The notes under the pieces were generated by a model, which worked only from the letters and a program-made list of their open reading frames with translations, ran no database searches and was not told where the DNA came from. From Hyphochytrium catenoides (Eukaryota > Protista > Hyphochytriomycota), in contig FLMG01000516.1 of the NCBI GenBank assembly GCA_900088475.1, forward strand, positions 74,527 to 138,526: DNA of 64,000 nucleotides, in the 5' to 3' direction. The position numbers were made by a program, and so were the translations under genes. Positions 49,953-61,426 of the stretch are shown one piece after another (the first letter of the stretch is position 1; every line of letters starts with the position of its first letter).

Positions 49953-52532
49953 ATGGAGGAAGAGTCCGAAATAACCCAGCATATCAACAATAAGCTAGAA
50001 GACCTAAGAGCTCCCTTCGCTCTGAGAGAGAGCTCATTGAGGGACAGGGCGAAGAGAGACGACCACGATGAGGGAAGAGAAGATGAAGATTTCTGCAGTT
50101 TGTCTAAGTGGCTCATGGAGCGGATTGAAGCTCAAGAGCAGCAGCTGAGACCCTTCAGGAAGAAGAAGACAGAAGAGAAGGAGGACGAGGCTTCGTCCCT
50201 ACAATGGGTTCTCGACTTCTGTCTTGCTAGGGACTTTCCTTATCCTTCCTCTGGCCCAAACCTGCGATACTTCATCATAGAGTTCCTTACATCAGGTAGA
50301 GAGAGAAGCCACGGAGGACTGTCTCCCAGATCGCGTCCTTTGCGCCTCTTCAGCCTCGTTCTGCCCTGAGCACTCTTCCTGTCGTTCTTCCTCTCTCTGT
50401 CTCGCGATCTTACCATGTGTTCGCCTTCTATCGCTTGGTACCGTTTGCTTCTCTCTTCTCTCACCGTACAGAGCTAGACATACCTCGCCGTTCCTCATTA
50501 TTTGGCCATCATCGTCTTTCCTATCCCTTCCGTCTCAGTTACTGAGTGTCTGTCTCCCTCGTCCCCAATCTCTTTGCCTCTTGTCGCTTGGCGTCCAGAC
50601 TGACGCTTCTCCTTCCCCAGCCCTACAGGCTTACCGGCTGCAGGCTGTAGCAGATGCAAGGCCTTCCAAAAAGAACCCACAGAAGACTGATAAGGTAGAG
50701 AAGAGCGCCAGCATCCTCACTTCTTCACCTGCTCTCTCCCTTCTTCTTCTGGTGCCCTAACTCTACCTCAAGACCTCATGTCGCTACTTCTGCTTCCGTA
50801 TCTCCTTTCCCTATAGCTCTGGTTCTTACTGCTTTTAGTCTGAGAGTCTCAGGACAGAATCAACCATTACACCCTTCTCCCCTCTCCATTGCTTATCTTG
50901 CAGCCTGGAACATAAAGTCTTTCCTCTGCCTGTTTCCCCTCTCTCTGGATCCTCTCTTCTCTGTCTTGTCGCCCTTGCTCTCCGACCGATTTGTTTAGAC
51001 TTCAGAAGCAGAGTTCAGTGCAGAGATTGAGCGACTACTGGAAGTGGCCAGAGTTCCGCAGGACGAAAGAGAAGGACTCATTGCATCTCCTCCAGACGCG
51101 CTGCGACGGGTGCGTGACAGTGCAATTATCAAAGCAGGACAACAAGAAGTCAAGGTCCTTAAACCCTTCCTGCTATTGCCAATCCAAGCTTTGACTTCGT
51201 CTTAGGCAGCACACGGAGTATTTTGCCTGCCCTGGACGCATACACATTAGCTATAATGTCCCTTACGATGTGCCTCTTTATACTCACCCATCTCTCTCTT
51301 TCTCTACTTTCTTTCCTTGCCAGGAGTCTGCTCGTCTTCTTACACCTGAAAGTCTATCGGCCGACCAACTGGAGCGCCTTCAAGCTGTACATGAGGCTTT
51401 GGTCGGAGACTACAGAGTGCGGCGGGAGATGCTGCTGAAGCGTCTGGACGTGACCATACAGACCTTCCTATCCTCCGACACTATATCTGTAGGAGCTAAC
51501 TCTCCTTTCCCCCCCTAATCTATTGACGTGGCGTTTCTCCCTTGGTCCACCCTGCAGTCATTAGCTGTCTCCCTCGTCCTTTTGGGGGTTAAATGCCTTT
51601 TCGTTCTTGCCACGTCCACTGTCTCTCTATCTTAGTTGAAGCTGATCAGCTATCGTCCCATCTCTTGCCCTGCACGAGGCTGCTTCAAAGATTGACGTGG
51701 CTGTTCTCTCTCTCTCTCCTTTGGGTTATCGAATCTCTTTGTACTCTCTTACTCTTCGTCAATGGCCAGGGCAAACAAAAAGAGGAACTGAGCAAGGTTA
51801 TAAATGAGATGCGGGAGCAGCTTTCTCCAGAGAGTGGAGGAGTGAATTTAAGTGACCTTTGGCGCTGCGACGAGAGCCTTATCCGCCGCCACCTGGAGAA
51901 GGTAGGCTTGTTGCAAGCCTGAGAATACCTTTCAGTCCTCAGTGTCTATCGCAGCCATGCTTTTAGACGTTCCCGCCGTTATATTCTGTACTAATCCTCC
52001 CTCTTCCCACTCCGGTACTGGGTGCAGGTTGACCTTCATGAGATTAGCTCCAAGATCAAGAAGGTGGAGATTGGAGAGGTATAGTTCCTCTCTTGCGTAT
52101 CTCTAAACCCGCTCCCTCTCCCCCACCTTCTCTCTCTCTCTCTCGCTTTATCCTCCTGGTCTCGTTCTCTCTCCCATGTCCGCCTCTTCCGTACAGACGA
52201 ATAGCCTCCCTGGAGCCTTCCTTCTTTCTCTAAATCCTTACTACGCTGGTTCGTCATCTGGGTTTGCAGTTCTATAGCTTAAAGCTTGCCCCTCGTCTCC
52301 TGCCCAGGTTTCTGATAGAGGAGGGCGACCAGATGCTATGAGGCCCAGTAGAAAGGATATGTTCCCCTATGGTGGTGGAGGAGGAGGAAGTGGAGGACGC
52401 AAGTGGGAAGGAGGAAGAGAGGGAAAGCCTAAAGGAGGAAATGGACGGCGAAGGAATAGCGAGAGCGGAGAGCAGCCGACGGGTCATAGCAAAGAGAAAA
52501 AGAGGTCTTCAAAGGCGAAGCGCCATAAATAG
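49953..52532 (+). CDS. FAM98: FAM98-family protein (DUF2465; tRNA-ligase-complex component in animals), about 7 exons
   Basis: FCSLSKWL, IIEFLTSALQAYRL, ALVGDYRVRREMLLKRLDVTIQTF, KIKKVEIGEVSDRGGRP, then a Gly/Arg/Lys-rich tail. Confidence 0.88.
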
Positions 52533-52888
52533 AGTACGATAGAGGTTGCGCATCACATGGAAGACGCCTTTTCTGGTCCTGCTAGAGTTTCTTTCTTCTG
52601 TTCTTTCTGTCCTCTCTCTGGTCGTCCCTCTTCCTCTTATTAGCTGCACAAATGCAGATCGGTCGTGTGCATTTCCTACACCGCTTTGGTTTTGGTGCTT
52701 CCTGGTCGGCCAATAAGGTGAAACGCAAAGTAGAGAGAGGGGTAGAAGCATCAGCAACCATTCAGTTTAAGCGCCACCGACAGGACCGTGGTAGAACCTG
52801 AAGGAAAGTCTCATGGCAGAAAACAAGCGACAGAGATTGGTGAAAAGTAAGAGAAAAGAGACGACGGAGAAAGCGGGACCCCAACAAC

Positions 52889-53435
52889 CTAAGACCAGAG
52901 ATTTACCAAAGGATGCGCGGTTCTTCCCCTGACCATTACCTGCGCCACCGCGGGAGCACTTGCGGTGCCATTGCTCTCCGACACAGAGAGCTCTTCTTGA
53001 CAGCGGGCACACATTGTGGAGTCGTGAGCTCGTCGGTCGACGAAGCATCGCGATCGGGGCGGTGCTTGATGAAACTTTGGCAGATCTGCTGGTGGTCGCC
53101 ACCACTGAGGAGGAAGGGAGCGGCGCTGGGACATCTCCCCGGTCACCATTTCCAAGTAGTGCAAGATCCCCGTCTCTGAGAAGAGTGTGGAGGAGAGAGA
53201 CAGAGCTGTCTGGGCGATACTTTGGCATTCTTTGTCATGCTTTAGACACCTGCACGGAGAGGAAAGAGGATGAGACGGGAAATTGGCCGGTTATAAACAT
53301 GTTAAAGTTATTATGGAAAGGTGCTGAACACCAGAGAAGACAGAGTGTCCGTTAACAGAGTGTGGCGGAGATCCGGAGGGAAGAATTGACAGGTACAGAG
53401 CGGCAGCCAAATAACTTTGGGTCGGGTGAGGAGGA

Positions 53436-53481
<46 letters not shown>

Positions 53482-56324
53482 CTCCCCCTCCCTGTTCTCT
53501 GTCTCTCCCCCTCCCTCTCTCTCCTTCATTCTCTCCTGTCACTCTCTCTTGTCACTCTCTCTCTCTCTCTCTTTCCTTCTTCTTTTTCGCTCTCTTACTC
53601 TCTCTCTGTCCTCTGGCCTTCTTACCAGTCGATCCTAGCAGCTAGATCAGAGAGATCAGCTTTGACAGGGACATGGTCCACAAATGGCTGAAGAAGATGA
53701 GAGAACCAGAACTCGTTGCAGAGAGTCTCTGACTCTACCTGCAGGTGGACAAAAGAAAGAGAAAATAGAAAAGCCGAGTCTTAGCAAGCGATGGACAGAG
53801 CAGCGAGGCCGCAAGCGGTGGTTGAGAGGAAGAGACTGCTCAGGAAATGGTCATAATCCTGAAAGTCAGCAGTGGATGGGCCACCTATAAGAGAGACGGT
53901 AAGATAGGGCAAAAGGAAAGAGGTAGGACCAGGATGGTCAGAGGGACAGGAAGAAAAATGAAAGAAAGAGATCGAAAACTGCGAAGGAGAAGTGGTCAAC
54001 TCCTAATTGTGCTCCCTCTGTGTGCGGGTTTCTCTCTCTCTCTTCTTGCCTTTAGGATAACGCTCCCTGTCCTCATGAGAAAGGCGTAGTGGTCCTCCCG
54101 GCGGTTACCCTGGAGATAAACTAGGAATTTGTACCTCTGCCAATGGCAGAGATCCACGGACTCGACGGGGCCGAAGTCAAAGGATGCAGTGATGACGTGC
54201 CGGAGGGGCTTTTCCGCTGTCTTTTTGTCTCCATGATCCCAGGCCGTGAGCTCAGCGTCTAGCAGACGACCTCGGGCAATGTCGTAGTCTTCCCTTTCTC
54301 TCTCCCAGTCATGGGAGAGTGAGACGAGAGCCAGACTCTGGTTGTCTGTCACGTTCGTGCCGCGACCCCTGGATGTGCCGCGCCAGAAAGCCGTTGAAAC
54401 CTATTCACAGGGGCCAAGGAAAGACGGAAGTCCCATTGACAGGTCCAGGCAAGTAAATAAAGTGAGACAGGATCGGTCAGATCGAGAGAGAAAAGACGCA
54501 GAACGAGAGGGAGAGAGAGAGAAAACACCCAGTGAGAGAAGGAGAAAGAGAACACAAAGTGAGAGGGAGAGAGGGCTCCATAAGCTTTGAAAAAAGCCTT
54601 CGAGAGAAGTCAATCACCTTTCGTTCCCAGGTCACTCTCTCTCCCCCTAGCGCCTCCTCTGACAACTCATCGAGTCCTTCGAAAGAGACTTTTTTTGTCT
54701 TGAACGGAGGGGGAAATACACAGCCGGTTGCCAAGCGCCAGTCTGATGGTCGAGGAAGAGGAATATCGGCGTGTCTTCAGGAAGAGAAAGACAGGGTAAG
54801 TGTGAATGTTCCCCTCGTCAGACGCTGACGGTGAAGATAAGGACACCAGTTCGTTCAAGATGTAAGACAGGAGAGGGAAGGAGAGAGAAGAGAGACGAGA
54901 AGAGTGAGAGTGACAGGCTATGGCTGGCGACATGTGTGAAGAGCAAAAGGAGGGGGCCAAGCTAACTGCACCTTGAGGAGGATTGAAAGCTGAGAATGGG
55001 AATGTAAACTGTGGACTTTTCGCTGGTAAGAGGAACATCTTGCGTGGGGTCTCGGTCGTCTCGACTAAAGAGAAAGCTCTCCGGTTGTGTCAAATTACAC
55101 TGAGAAAGAAAGGAAAGAGAGAGAGTGTGTGTGTTTAATGGGTGTGTGAGAAAGAGAGAGAGAGAGACACAGAGAGAGACAGAGAATTGAGGAAGCAGTC
55201 ATAAAAAGGAATGCACCGATGTAGGGAGGCTTGACCAGACAGTGTAGAAGGAAGGCCAACATGAGAGAGAAGTCGACAGCAGGATCGGATCAGGAGCAAA
55301 ACCCATTTTGAGAAGTAGCTCCAAACCAAGCTTCGGGGTTAGGAGATGAAGGGAAGACAGAGAAAGAGGATAAGGAGAGAGAGAGAGACGACGCGAGTCC
55401 GCCACACCTTTAGCTGGGGGTTCTCTCTCAGGTTTATGATGAACTCGCAGTCCGGTAGAGCTCTAAGCTTGCAAGCAGACTCTAGCATGTCTCTCAGCTC
55501 GGCCAGCCAGCGGTCCAAGGCGTACTCAGGATCGTTGTCAAGTGCAGAGAAAGAGAAAACACTCGTCCCATCATTCCAAAGCTTTTTCGGGTCTTCTCTC
55601 TCTTTCTCTGCTACTCTCTCAATGTCGGGGTACATTCTCTCTTTCCCTCGATAGTACTCGCTCATCGTCTTCCCGTCGTCAAATGGAAGAGACGCGCCCC
55701 AGGCGTTCTCATACGTGTCATTAAAGAACGGAGCAAAGAGGGAGAGTTGTCTCTGTCTGATCATCACCAGCACGCCGGAGCCTGTCAGTTTATAGATATA
55801 TTGAAGAGAACGAAGCACGCCCTCTCGCGTTATGTTTCTATGGAAATTTAGACTCAGTCTCTTTCTCACTCTCTCCAGGAGAGAGGAGAAGAGAGAAGGA
55901 GAGAGAGATGACGAAGAGATAGCGCCCGAGAGGAAGAGATTGTCAGCGGGAGGCGGAGACGGGGAGAAGGAGCGGTTTTCAAATTGTGGCAGCTTCTTGA
56001 GGACATAGTCAGAGATCTGGTCCCAGCCCAGGAGCACTGGGGAAGAGGAAGAGTTCAATAGTTGAAAGAGAAGAGAGAGAGAGAGAGAGAGTGGTTAGCG
56101 GGAGAAAGAGGAACAGGAAAGGACGGAGTTTGAAGGATAGGGAGGTTCGGGGTTTAGCACGTGATGATAGAGGAAAAGAGAGAAGTAGCCGAGAACCTTG
56201 CGCCAACACAGGGGGAGGCAGAAGGGAGAGCTTACGAGAGGTTTCAAGAGAGAAAGCGGATCACAGAGACAGTACTACCCAGGGGGAGAGACAGAGAGAG
56301 ACAGAGAGAGAGAAACAGACAGAC

Positions 56325-56357
<33 letters not shown>

Positions 56358-56798
56358 GAGAGAGAGAGAGAGAGATAAGAGACCGATGGGCATTGGACAG
56401 CAACAGGCAACCTCAAAGTTCCTACGACAGATGATGCTTTCTCCCCGGAAGAGGAGAAGAGCGAAGCAATCAAGAGGAACAGAATAGAATCCTAAGCGAG
56501 AGAGAGAAAAGAGAGACTAACAAGGAGGAAGTGAGAGAAAGAGAGAGAGAGAGAGCCAGCAGGAACTCTGTCTCTTACCAGTGAAGCACCCCAACGCCTT
56601 CTTCACGTCGCCATCCTGTCCTCTCGCTACGAGTCCCTTGGCCTGCAGTCTCTGGCAGAAGGCCTCACACTCTCTTCTGGTTCTGAAGCGCGGCACATTG
56701 TGCGGAAACTGCAGCGCTGCCAGCTCCGCGTGCCAGATAGCATCCTCCTCCTCGTCCTCTGGGCTGTATAGTCCGCGCACATGCCGAGAGACACTCAT
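52889..56798 (-). CDS. Glycosyltransferase family 90 (CAP10/KDELC-like); 5' end uncertain
   Basis: Spliced: SLQYIYKL..GVLVMIR...FAPFFN..Y.N.W, RDMLESACKLRALPDCEFIINLRENPQLK, YIPILS...HADIPLP..DW, WERKVSTAFWRGTSRG, RYKFLVYLQGN...LMRTGSVILK, WFSHLLQPFVDHVPVKADLSDL..IDWCLKHDKECQSIA. Confidence 0.87.
53739..54049 (-). other. GC-AG intron in the GT90 gene
   Basis: The exon ending GSVILK is followed by AAG|GCAAGA. No phase-0 GT occurs before the next in-frame stop. Joining to CAG|GTAGAG restores ILK-VESETL..WF. Confidence 0.8.
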
Positions 56799-57029
56799 CA
56801 GAGGAGGGAAACAAAGCTGTCTCTCTTTCTCTTTCTCTCTGTCGTTCTCTCTCTTAAGTTCCCCCTTTCTTGGCTCTTCTCTTCTGTATCTCTTCTCCGG
56901 TCTGGTGCTTGAGAGGCCACGGCAGGAGATAGTGCACTGGTCTGACGAAGAGGAAGAGGGAGAGAGAAGGCAATGGCTATCATCCGCGTGATGTCCACGC
57001 TCTTCCTGAAGATCCTTCGTCAGTTTGTC

Positions 57030-57137
57030 CTTCTCTGTCTCTCATTCACTCTCTCTCGTTGATGTGCGCTCTGTCTCTCTCTGTCTCTCTCTCACACTTT
57101 CTCCCCCTCCCACTCTCTCCTCTCCCTCTCTATCTCG

Positions 57138-57169
<32 letters not shown>

Positions 57170-57357
57170 TTCTCTCTCTCACTCTCTCTCACTCTGTCTC
57201 TCTCTCTTTCTCCCTCTCTCGTCTTCTGTTCTTGGTTATGCTCCATGCTCCGCCGTATATTCCTAATAGTGCTATCCCAGTTCCGAATGATAGATGCGAA
57301 CTTATCATCCCATTGGCCGTTACTGCACTTGTTGCGATCAAAAGGATGATTTCGTTT

Positions 57358-57414
<57 letters not shown>

Positions 57415-57440
57415 GTCTCTGTGTGTGTCTCTCCTTCCGC
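57030..57440. repeat. (CT)n microsatellite blocks in the divergent region between GT90 and SPEF2
   Basis: Long ct runs at about 57070-57220 and 57355-57420. Confidence 0.95.
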
Positions 57441-57950
57441 TGCTTCCTCGTCGCTACTTCTTCTCTTTGCTGCTCCTCTACTCATACATGGCTTCTCTTC
57501 TCTCTGCTCTCTATCGTTCATTTCTCTGTCTTTTCCTCTCTCGACAACCTCTTTTACCCTCTTGTCATTTTTACAGCTCTGTCTCTCCTTTCGTTCTCTC
57601 AATCACCTTCCCCTCTCTTGGCGTCTCGACAAGTTCTTCCCCTTGAATCTCCTACTTCAGTGTCTCTCTCTCTTTCTTTGGCAGTGAAATTGTCTCTCTG
57701 GCAGGATTCTTACTCTTCTCTTTGGACCTCTGCCACTATTCTCTCTCTCTGGATAGTCAGTTTGAGCAGAGCCAGAGAGAGAGAGAGAGCTAGAATAACA
57801 GAGTGAATCTGATGGCCCAGACGCCAGAGAGAGGTGCTTTCTGGGGCAGGAGATAGCGGAAGAACGGGCTCAGGCAGGCTCTTTCACTCCCTCAATTTCT
57901 CTCTCTCTCTTTTCTTTCTTTCTCTCTCTCTCTCTCTCCTATAGAACAAC

Positions 57951-58401
57951 ATGGCTAGCCTCCTCCTCAACTGGGTAAACGATGAGGTGGGACTGAGCCG
58001 CCCAGTACAGACGATAGAGAGAGACTTTGCTTCCGGCTTTCTCTTGGCAGAGCTTCTCTTCAAGCTGGGCCGTCTGCCCTCTCTGCAAGGAGCTGAAGAC
58101 ACAGAGAGAGCGGAGGGAATGGTGAAGAACTTTGAGATGATTCAGGGCCCGCTCTCCGCGTTAGGAGTGCAGCTGGAAGAGAAGATGGTGCTTGACATCC
58201 TGACAGAGACCAGAGGAGCGGCCTCTAAGGTGAGAGAGAAAGAGACACAGACCGAGAGAGAACGAAGGGGAGAAGAGAGAGAGAGGGAGTGGTAAAGAGA
58301 GACGCGGCACAAGGAAGGGATATAGTTAGGAATTGCAAGAAGAGGAGGAGAGAAGAGAAGAGTGGTAGAAGTATACGAAGAGGTGCTCCAGAATCTTTCT
58401 A

Positions 58402-58442
<41 letters not shown>

Positions 58443-59601
58443 TCCTCTCTCGTTTATTCTCTCTCTTTCGTTTGGTCCTCCGGCAGCTAACCTTCCTCCT
58501 TTACTTTTTCTTTAGATCCTCCTCAAGCTGAAAATGTCACTCTCAGGAGACAAGAGAGAGTCTACCGCATCTCTCTCTCGTTCCCTCTCTCCTTCTTCCA
58601 CTCTGTCCATTCGTCCCAACCCTCACTCGACAGGGAGACAGAGCGCGGTGGAGCTGCAGGCCGAGAGCAGCGAGAGAGAGGTCTGGAAAGTGAGAGACCA
58701 GCCGCGTCTGCTGCACACCGCTGTCATCACCAAGAAGTTCGAGAACCTTAGACTTCGGGCGATGAGAAAGCAGGAGAGGGTGCGGGATTGTGTCTTCTCT
58801 TCTCTTTCTCTCGCCCTCTCACTTCACAGTGCCGCATTCTCTTTCTGTAACCTTTCTCTCTCTCTTTGGTAACCTTTTTCTTTCAAAAGTGTTGGTTTCT
58901 CTCTGTCCGTTCTCTAGCTACCTCTTCTCTTTTTCCATGGACCTTATCCTTCGCATCTCCTGCGTTTGACGCCTCCCTTGTCTGTCTTTCTCTTCCTGTC
59001 TTTCTCTCTCTCTCTCTCTCTGCGTTCGTATATTTGCGTCTCTCCTCTGTCTTCCCTGCCCTTCTCCTCCTCCATATAATGCATTTTTCTTCCTCCTTTC
59101 CTCTTCGTTTTAACTGTTTCCTAATCTACATTCTTGTTCTGCTTTGATAGAAAGCAAGACGACAAGAAGAAGAGAAAAAAGCTCTGCAGCGTGACTTTAG
59201 GCTGCTGCAACTAGAAAAGATGGAAGAGAAGAGAAAGACAGAGAAAGAAGAGCTGGACAAAGCGTTGAAGGACTGGGAGAAAAACAGAGTAAGAAAGAGA
59301 TAAGTAGATGAACACTGCCAATTGCGGGAGAGAAACGAAGAAGAAGATAAGGGGAGGAGGTGAGAGAGGAATGAGAGAGGACAACAGAGAGGAGGGAGAA
59401 GAGAGAGGAGAGGAGAAGAAAAATTGGAGAGGAGAGATATAGCTACACAGATTGACCAAGAGAGACATAAGAGGAGAGAGAAAAGAGAGAAGGCGACGAC
59501 CGAGAGAGAAAGAGAGCGAGAGAGAGAGAGAGGAGAGAGAGAAAGAAAGAGACAGAAAGACAAATTAAGAGAAAGAAGAGAGAGAGAGAGAGAGAGAGAG
59601 A

Positions 59602-59649
<48 letters not shown>

Positions 59650-60151
59650 GGAAAAGGGTGAGTGAGGGAGAGGGCGAAATGTCTCAAAGAGGAAGGAAGG
59701 AAAGGAGAACAGTAACCCAGCTAAGAACCCTTCTTTCTCCTTCTATCGTTGCTGATGCTTTATTTTCCTCTCTCTCTCTCTCTCCCCTTTCTGTCCGTCA
59801 GCGCAAAGATATAGCGCGAGAGGGGAAGGAACTGCAGCTAGAGCTCACCTTCATAGAGAAGAAAAAGATAGAGGAAGAGAAGAAGAGACACTTCGAAGTA
59901 CGAGATGTCAACAATGGCACCGACGAGTAAGTGACCTCTCTCTCTCTCTCTCCTTTCACCCCTGTCCGGCCAAGGGCAAGATGACCTCTCTTCCTACTTT
60001 GTCTCCTCTTACTATTTCTTCTCCCTTGACATTACTCTGAATGGGCACATTCTTCTGTCGATGCATAGAAGATATTGTCGTTGTAGCTTTATAGCTGATC
60101 GCATTTCTTCTCTCTGGCAAAACTGCGGTGTTCTTCTCTCGCGTTGTGCTC

Positions 60152-60191
<40 letters not shown>

Positions 60192-60610
60192 CTCAGGTTC
60201 TTTTCCTAAGCAATTCCCGCACTTGTATCTCCCGTTTTCTTTTGACAATATTCGCTCTTTCCTCCCTCAATGGCAAGGTTGGAGAGAACGCTGTTACGTT
60301 TGGGGGTGGGAGGAGGAGGAGAGAGCGATGGTTCTGAGCTAAGGCCCGCGCAGGGTTCTCCCCTGGAGTACCTGAGAGAGATGGAGAATAGAGTGGAAGA
60401 GTATGGCTTCAGCACTGCTGGTGAGGGAGAGAAACACGCTCGATTCTCTCTCGTCTACTGCTTGCCTGCGCTTCCTTAGTAATGCTGTTCTATCTTTGTC
60501 CAACCTCTCTCTCTCTCTCCGTGTCTCTGTCTACGGTTCCGCTCTGTCAGTCTCTCTCCGCTCTTTTTTTGCTCTCTTCGTTCTTGTTTTCTATCTCTCC
60601 TCTCTCTCTC

Positions 60611-60661
<51 letters not shown>

Positions 60662-61390
60662 CTTTCTCTCTCTTTCTTTCTCTCTCTCTCTCCTCCCTTA
60701 CCCCATCTGTTCGCTCTGTCTTACCCTTTTATCTATCTATCTCTCCCATCGTCGTTCTTACGCCATCCTCTTTTCGCTGTCTATGTATCATCTGTTAACC
60801 TTCCTGTCTTTATCTATAGGGAACAGCTCTTACATGAGGAAGCTTCATAGTCGACGACAGCAGGATAAAGAGACATTGAAAGAGAAGGAAGAGAGAATGA
60901 GAAAGATTACATCAGACCAGCAGAAAGCGCAGATAGAATTGGACAGGAGAGATCAAGAGAGAGAGAGACTCTCTTTTTTCTTATCCCACTCCAGGGAGAA
61001 GAGAAAGAGGGCTCATGAGCTCCGACAGCTGCGCTATGACAAGGAAGAGGAAGAGAAGACAGTGCAGAACAAGCTTGTCAGAGCTGCGCTTGCAAGAGAA
61101 GAAGANNNNNNNNNNNNNNNNNNNNNNNNNNNNNNNNNNNCATCCTGTCTCATCTCTCTCTTCTGGCTCTACTCTCTCTCTCCCAGCGTTTCTCCTCTCT
61201 CTCTCCATCTCTTCGACAAGAGTATGAGAGTCGAGCTGCCTCCTTGCGGGCCAAAGCCGCGGAGGCATCGGAGGAGAGTCGACAGCGGCGGCAGCTTAAG
61301 CGGGCACAGCACCTGGCAGCTTGCGAAGAAACAGCCCAGAAACTGATCGACCTCGCGTTGATTATTGCCGGCATGAGGTCTATTCTCTTC

Positions 61391-61426
<36 letters not shown>

